A DNA stretch of 63,640 nt, counting the filler, from Saprolegnia diclina VS20 (lineage: Eukaryota), in assembly GCF_000281045.1 (NCBI RefSeq). It is 8 parts of 5 records of this genome, joined end to end, with 100 filler letters (N's around TTAATTAATTAA, not from the genome) between each part and the next. Parts side by side here need not be neighbours in the genome. Positions count along the whole stretch, not along the records: positions 59,059 to 60,657 come from NW_008246220.1; positions 60,758 to 63,640 come from NW_008246220.1; 6 more parts are not named here. One strand, written 5' to 3'. The position numbers were made by a program, and so were the translations under genes. Positions 60,541 through 63,640 of this stretch are shown piece by piece (the first letter of the stretch is position 1; each line of letters begins with the position of its first letter). The notes below the pieces were generated by a model, which searched no databases, was not told the DNA's origin, and was given only the letters and a program-made list of their open reading frames with translations.

Positions 60541-60757
60541 CGCTCGAGGTTGTCGCTGTCAGCGTTTGTTTCGGCGCGTCGACTATATACCACGCAGCGC
60601 GTAGACGCCCAACATCAAAGCAAGGGCATTTCTACCGCCACGGCGCTGATGGCTGCGNNNNNNNNNNNNNNNNNNNNNNNNNNNNNNNNNNNNNNNNNNN
60701 NTTAATTAATTAANNNNNNNNNNNNNNNNNNNNNNNNNNNNNNNNNNNNNNNNNNNN

Positions 60758-60952
60758 GGCACCATCGACCCGTGGTCGGCGCTCTCGGTCGCCAACTCGA
60801 CGCACCTCGCCAACCCGACGTCCAAGGCCGTCATCATCGAGGGCGTCTCGCACTGCGGCGACATGTACACGCCCCGTGCCTCGGACTCACCGGCGCTTAT
60901 CGCTGGCCACGCGCAGATCGACGCCGCCATCGCGAGTTTCGTGAGCAAGTAA
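60758..60952 (+). CDS. C-terminal fragment of an S28 serine peptidase
   Basis: GTIDPWSALS...IIEGVSHCGDMY...SFVSK* carries the catalytic Asp (DPW) and His (HCxD) motifs. Confidence 0.8.
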   Translation, partial: GTIDPWSALSVANSTHLANPTSKAVIIEGVSHCGDMYTPRASDSPALIAGHAQIDAAIASFVSK

Positions 60953-62393
60953 AGCGATTTGCGTCCTTGGATGTCGTGTTGTTGCCAACTATTTCAAACA
61001 TAATGATTCTGTTCGTTGGTTTATACCACTTGATTTTGCGATATGGACGACCCGATCGAGCCCGAGGGCGTGTACGATACGTTCTCCAAATACGAGATCT
61101 CGTCGTCGTATACGTTGTCGCTCCGTCGACCTGCTAACTTGGCACTTTCAGCTCAACGGTGGCGCATTTCCAATATTATCAAAAAGGAAACTAAGAGTCA
61201 ATAAGCTTCGCACCAAGAAACGCGTATCTTCCAGTAAAATACTGTACACGTGCAGCCAATTCGTTGTGAAAACATAATCAGGGGATTGGGTGCATCACCC
61301 GCGTCGTGCTTCTCAGCGCTTCCATGGCTTGTGCGTCGCTCGTGGCGCCGTGGTGCAAAGCAAGCAATGTGAGACGTCGCTGTCCACCGGGCTCGAAGTC
61401 AGGGGGGTGACAATTGCCTCCACATAGTAAAAACAAGTACAACCAAGGAGACATTCGAGCGAAGCTTTTCCTATATTTTCGAGACCTGTGTGCTAATTGA
61501 AAATGTCGAGTGTGAAGTAGACGAAAATGTATATCCAAATATACTCTTATATCAAAATGTATATCCTTGTGTGCCAAGATAGCACTGGGGCTTGCACACC
61601 CCAGCAAGAGATCGACCCATGATTCGTTTGAAACTGCGATTTGTCTCCCTTTTCAGCCAATCATATCCGATTATTACCTTTTTTGGGTTTGTATTGACAC
61701 CCCCTGGGCTCGAAGTAGGCACTGCCCGGCTACTACAGTGGGCTACTAGAAGGTCTGTAAGCCCTGCGGAATCCTACCCTGCTCAATACAGATCACATTT
61801 CGCACCCCAGTGCATTTTCCAAGACGAATTGGCTGCACCCAAAAGTACGNNNNNNNNNNNNNNNNNNNNNNNNNNNNNNNNNNNNNNNNNNNNNNNNNNN
61901 NNNNNNNNNNNNNNNNNNNNNNNNNNNNNNNNNNNNNNNNNNNNNNNNNCGCTTTTACCTACTGACAGCAGCTGCTGACAGCGACCGCAGCTACTAACTG
62001 CGGCCACATAGGATGCGATGCGCCGATTAACGCTGGGATTGCAGTTGCTGCGGCGTAGTAGCGATCTGATTTCCCCTGCGTGACAATGCACGAGCATGGT
62101 CCTGTCCAGGCATTCAACGCTTGGCACGTGTGTCGACATGGCGCTTCACCTCCTACGCTGAGTCAGGGGTCGAATTTCCAGGCGCATTCCACTCACTTTA
62201 CGGTATTTTCAGGTCGTTTTACCGAATTTCAAACCCGACAACCGTGCAAATCAGATTGCCCAGCAACACATGTTCGAGGAAGCACATTACGGTCCATTGA
62301 AACGCGGCATGATTGGTGCAAACTCAGATTGGATGCAGCCCGTCTTTCCTGCTCAAGATCTGAGTTTCCGAGCTGCCATGACGACCGTCGATC

Positions 62394-62409
62394 GTTCATT
62401 TTCCAATTT
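62394..62409 (+). promoter_or_regulatory. Oomycete INR/FPR core promoter
   Basis: gttcattttccaattt closely matches GCTCATTYYNCAWTTT and lies 8 nt before the ATG. Confidence 0.7.
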
Positions 62410-62417
62410 CCATCGTC

Positions 62418-63640
62418 ATGGTCCGCTCGTTTGCTGCCGTCGCGGTCTTTGCCGCCTGCCTCGTGGCCGCCGACGCCGCCAACATCGCGTCGTCGCTCCA
62501 GCACAAGAACACGATCTTGGAGCGCCTTCAACTCGAGGGTCAGCTCGAGGCCGGCATCCCGGACCTCTATTTCGACAAGCAGATTCTTGACCACGGCCAC
62601 GACAACTGCGGCGGCAACACGACCGCGTACTGGAAGCAGCGCTACCACGTCAACGACGAGTTCTACGGCGGCGCCGGGTCGCCCGTGTTCTTGTACATTC
62701 ACGGTGAGAACGTCGCCGAGCCCGGTTACATTACAAGCAAGGGCATGCACGTCGTCAAGATGGCGCAGACGCACAAGGCGCTCCTCGTCGCGCTTGAGCA
62801 CCGCTTCTACGGCAAGTCGCAGCCGACGTCGGACATGAGCGACGAGAACCTCAAGTACCTCTCGGCCGACAACGCGATCGGCGACATTGCGACCTTCCAG
62901 GACTTCTTTGTCGCCAACCGCAACATCTCGGCGGCGTCGCCGTGGGTCGCCTTTGGCGGCAGCTACCCCGGCATGCTCGCGGCCTGGACCAAACTCCAGC
63001 TGCCCAAGCGCTTCGTCGGCTCGGTCGCGAGCTCGGCCCCCATCGACCTTGTCGCTGACTTTCACCAGTACGCCGACATTGTCGGCCGCGGTCTCAAGCA
63101 GTACGGCGGCGACGAGTGCCTCAACACGCTCCGCGAGGGTCTCAAGCAGGTGCACGCGCTCGTCGAGTCCAAGGACGCGGCCGACGCCGCGACGTTCCAG
63201 AAGCTCTTCAAGCCGTGCACGGCGTTCGGCTCGGAGATGGACAAGATGCTCTTCGAACAATCGATCATGGGCACGTACCAGGGCTTCGCGCAGGGCAACG
63301 ACTATGAAAAGTATGCACTCAAGCAGGCGTGCGCCGACTTGACGGCCAAGAACGGCCTCACGCCGCTCGAGAAGGTCGCCAAGATCAACCAGCTCTCGTG
63401 GAACCCAGCGACGCCGGACGACAACTGCTCGGCGAGCGACTACATCAACCAGTACGTGATCTGGCTCAAGAAGACCGAGACGGACACGGTCAACATTTAC
63501 CGCCAATGGACGTACCAGACGTGCGCCGAGTTTGGTTTTGGCCAGACGGGCCTCACGTCGACGTCGCCCTTCTCGGAGCTCAAGTACCTTAGCGCCAAGA
63601 ACGTTTACTATCAGCTCTGCAAGGACGTGTACGGCATCGA
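62418..63640 (+). CDS. Secreted S28 family serine peptidase, 3'-partial (absent from the ORF track because it has no stop in the window)
   Basis: Signal peptide MVRSFAAVAVFAACLVAADA, then QILDH, WKQRY, LEHRFYGKSQP, nucleophile motif FGGSYPG, ASSAP and RQWTYQTCAEFG. Confidence 0.92.
   Translation, partial: MVRSFAAVAVFAACLVAADAANIASSLQHKNTILERLQLEGQLEAGIPDLYFDKQILDHGHDNCGGNTTAYWKQRYHVNDEFYGGAGSPVFLYIHGENVAEPGYITSKGMHVVKMAQTHKALLVALEHRFYGKSQPTSDMSDENLKYLSADNAIGDIATFQDFFVANRNISAASPWVAFGGSYPGMLAAWTKLQLPKRFVGSVASSAPIDLVADFHQYADIVGRGLKQYGGDECLNTLREGLKQVHALVESKDAADAATFQKLFKPCTAFGSEMDKMLFEQSIMGTYQGFAQGNDYEKYALKQACADLTAKNGLTPLEKVAKINQLSWNPATPDDNCSASDYINQYVIWLKKTETDTVNIYRQWTYQTCAEFGFGQTGLTSTSPFSELKYLSAKNVYYQLCKDVYGI

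Noticed and set aside
24965..60713. Recurrent palindrome TTAATTAATTAA
   Set aside because: It is always centred in N runs and is a synthetic six-frame-stop contig linker, not a biological motif.
61561..61570. atatccttgt as a second U12 donor site
   Set aside because: It lies in AT-rich intergenic DNA with no flanking exons and is part of a short local duplication (aaaatgtatatcc).

Overview
This is eukaryotic DNA, most likely an oomycete of Saprolegniales type. The evidence is GC-rich coding sequence, mostly 40-55 nt GT-AG introns, oomycete INR/FPR core promoters, a class-29-type myosin and WRKY19-like zinc-finger repeats. The window is a scaffold with N gaps, and seven gaps carry an artificial TTAATTAATTAA linker, so adjacency across those points is not evidence of linkage. 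Positions 1-48.8 kb are gene-dense: a 2OG-oxygenase-associated gene family with a pseudogene, bacterial-type FabI, SF3B1, a giant myosin-CBS-PB1-TM protein, V-ATPase c, a WRKY19-like protein, CFAP52, NAXE, CDC20, a DEP protein, CAMTA, mL40, a DEAD-box helicase, an inverted pirin pair, PDX2 and peroxisomal ECI2. Positions 48.9-60.7 kb are repeat-rich: a Ty3/gypsy integrase-chromodomain relic inside an A..B-A-B split-direct-repeat structure, a Helitron-type DUF6570-like relic, degenerate duplicated segments and an ankyrin-RING gene. The window ends in S28 serine peptidase genes. The most notable observations are (1) a U12-type AT-AC intron in the helicase gene, (2) the pirin inverted repeat, whose spacer looks like a base-by-base superposition of both orientations, (3) the split-direct-repeat element and (4) the intron-bearing bacterial-type FabI. 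All family assignments come from motif recognition, not database searches.
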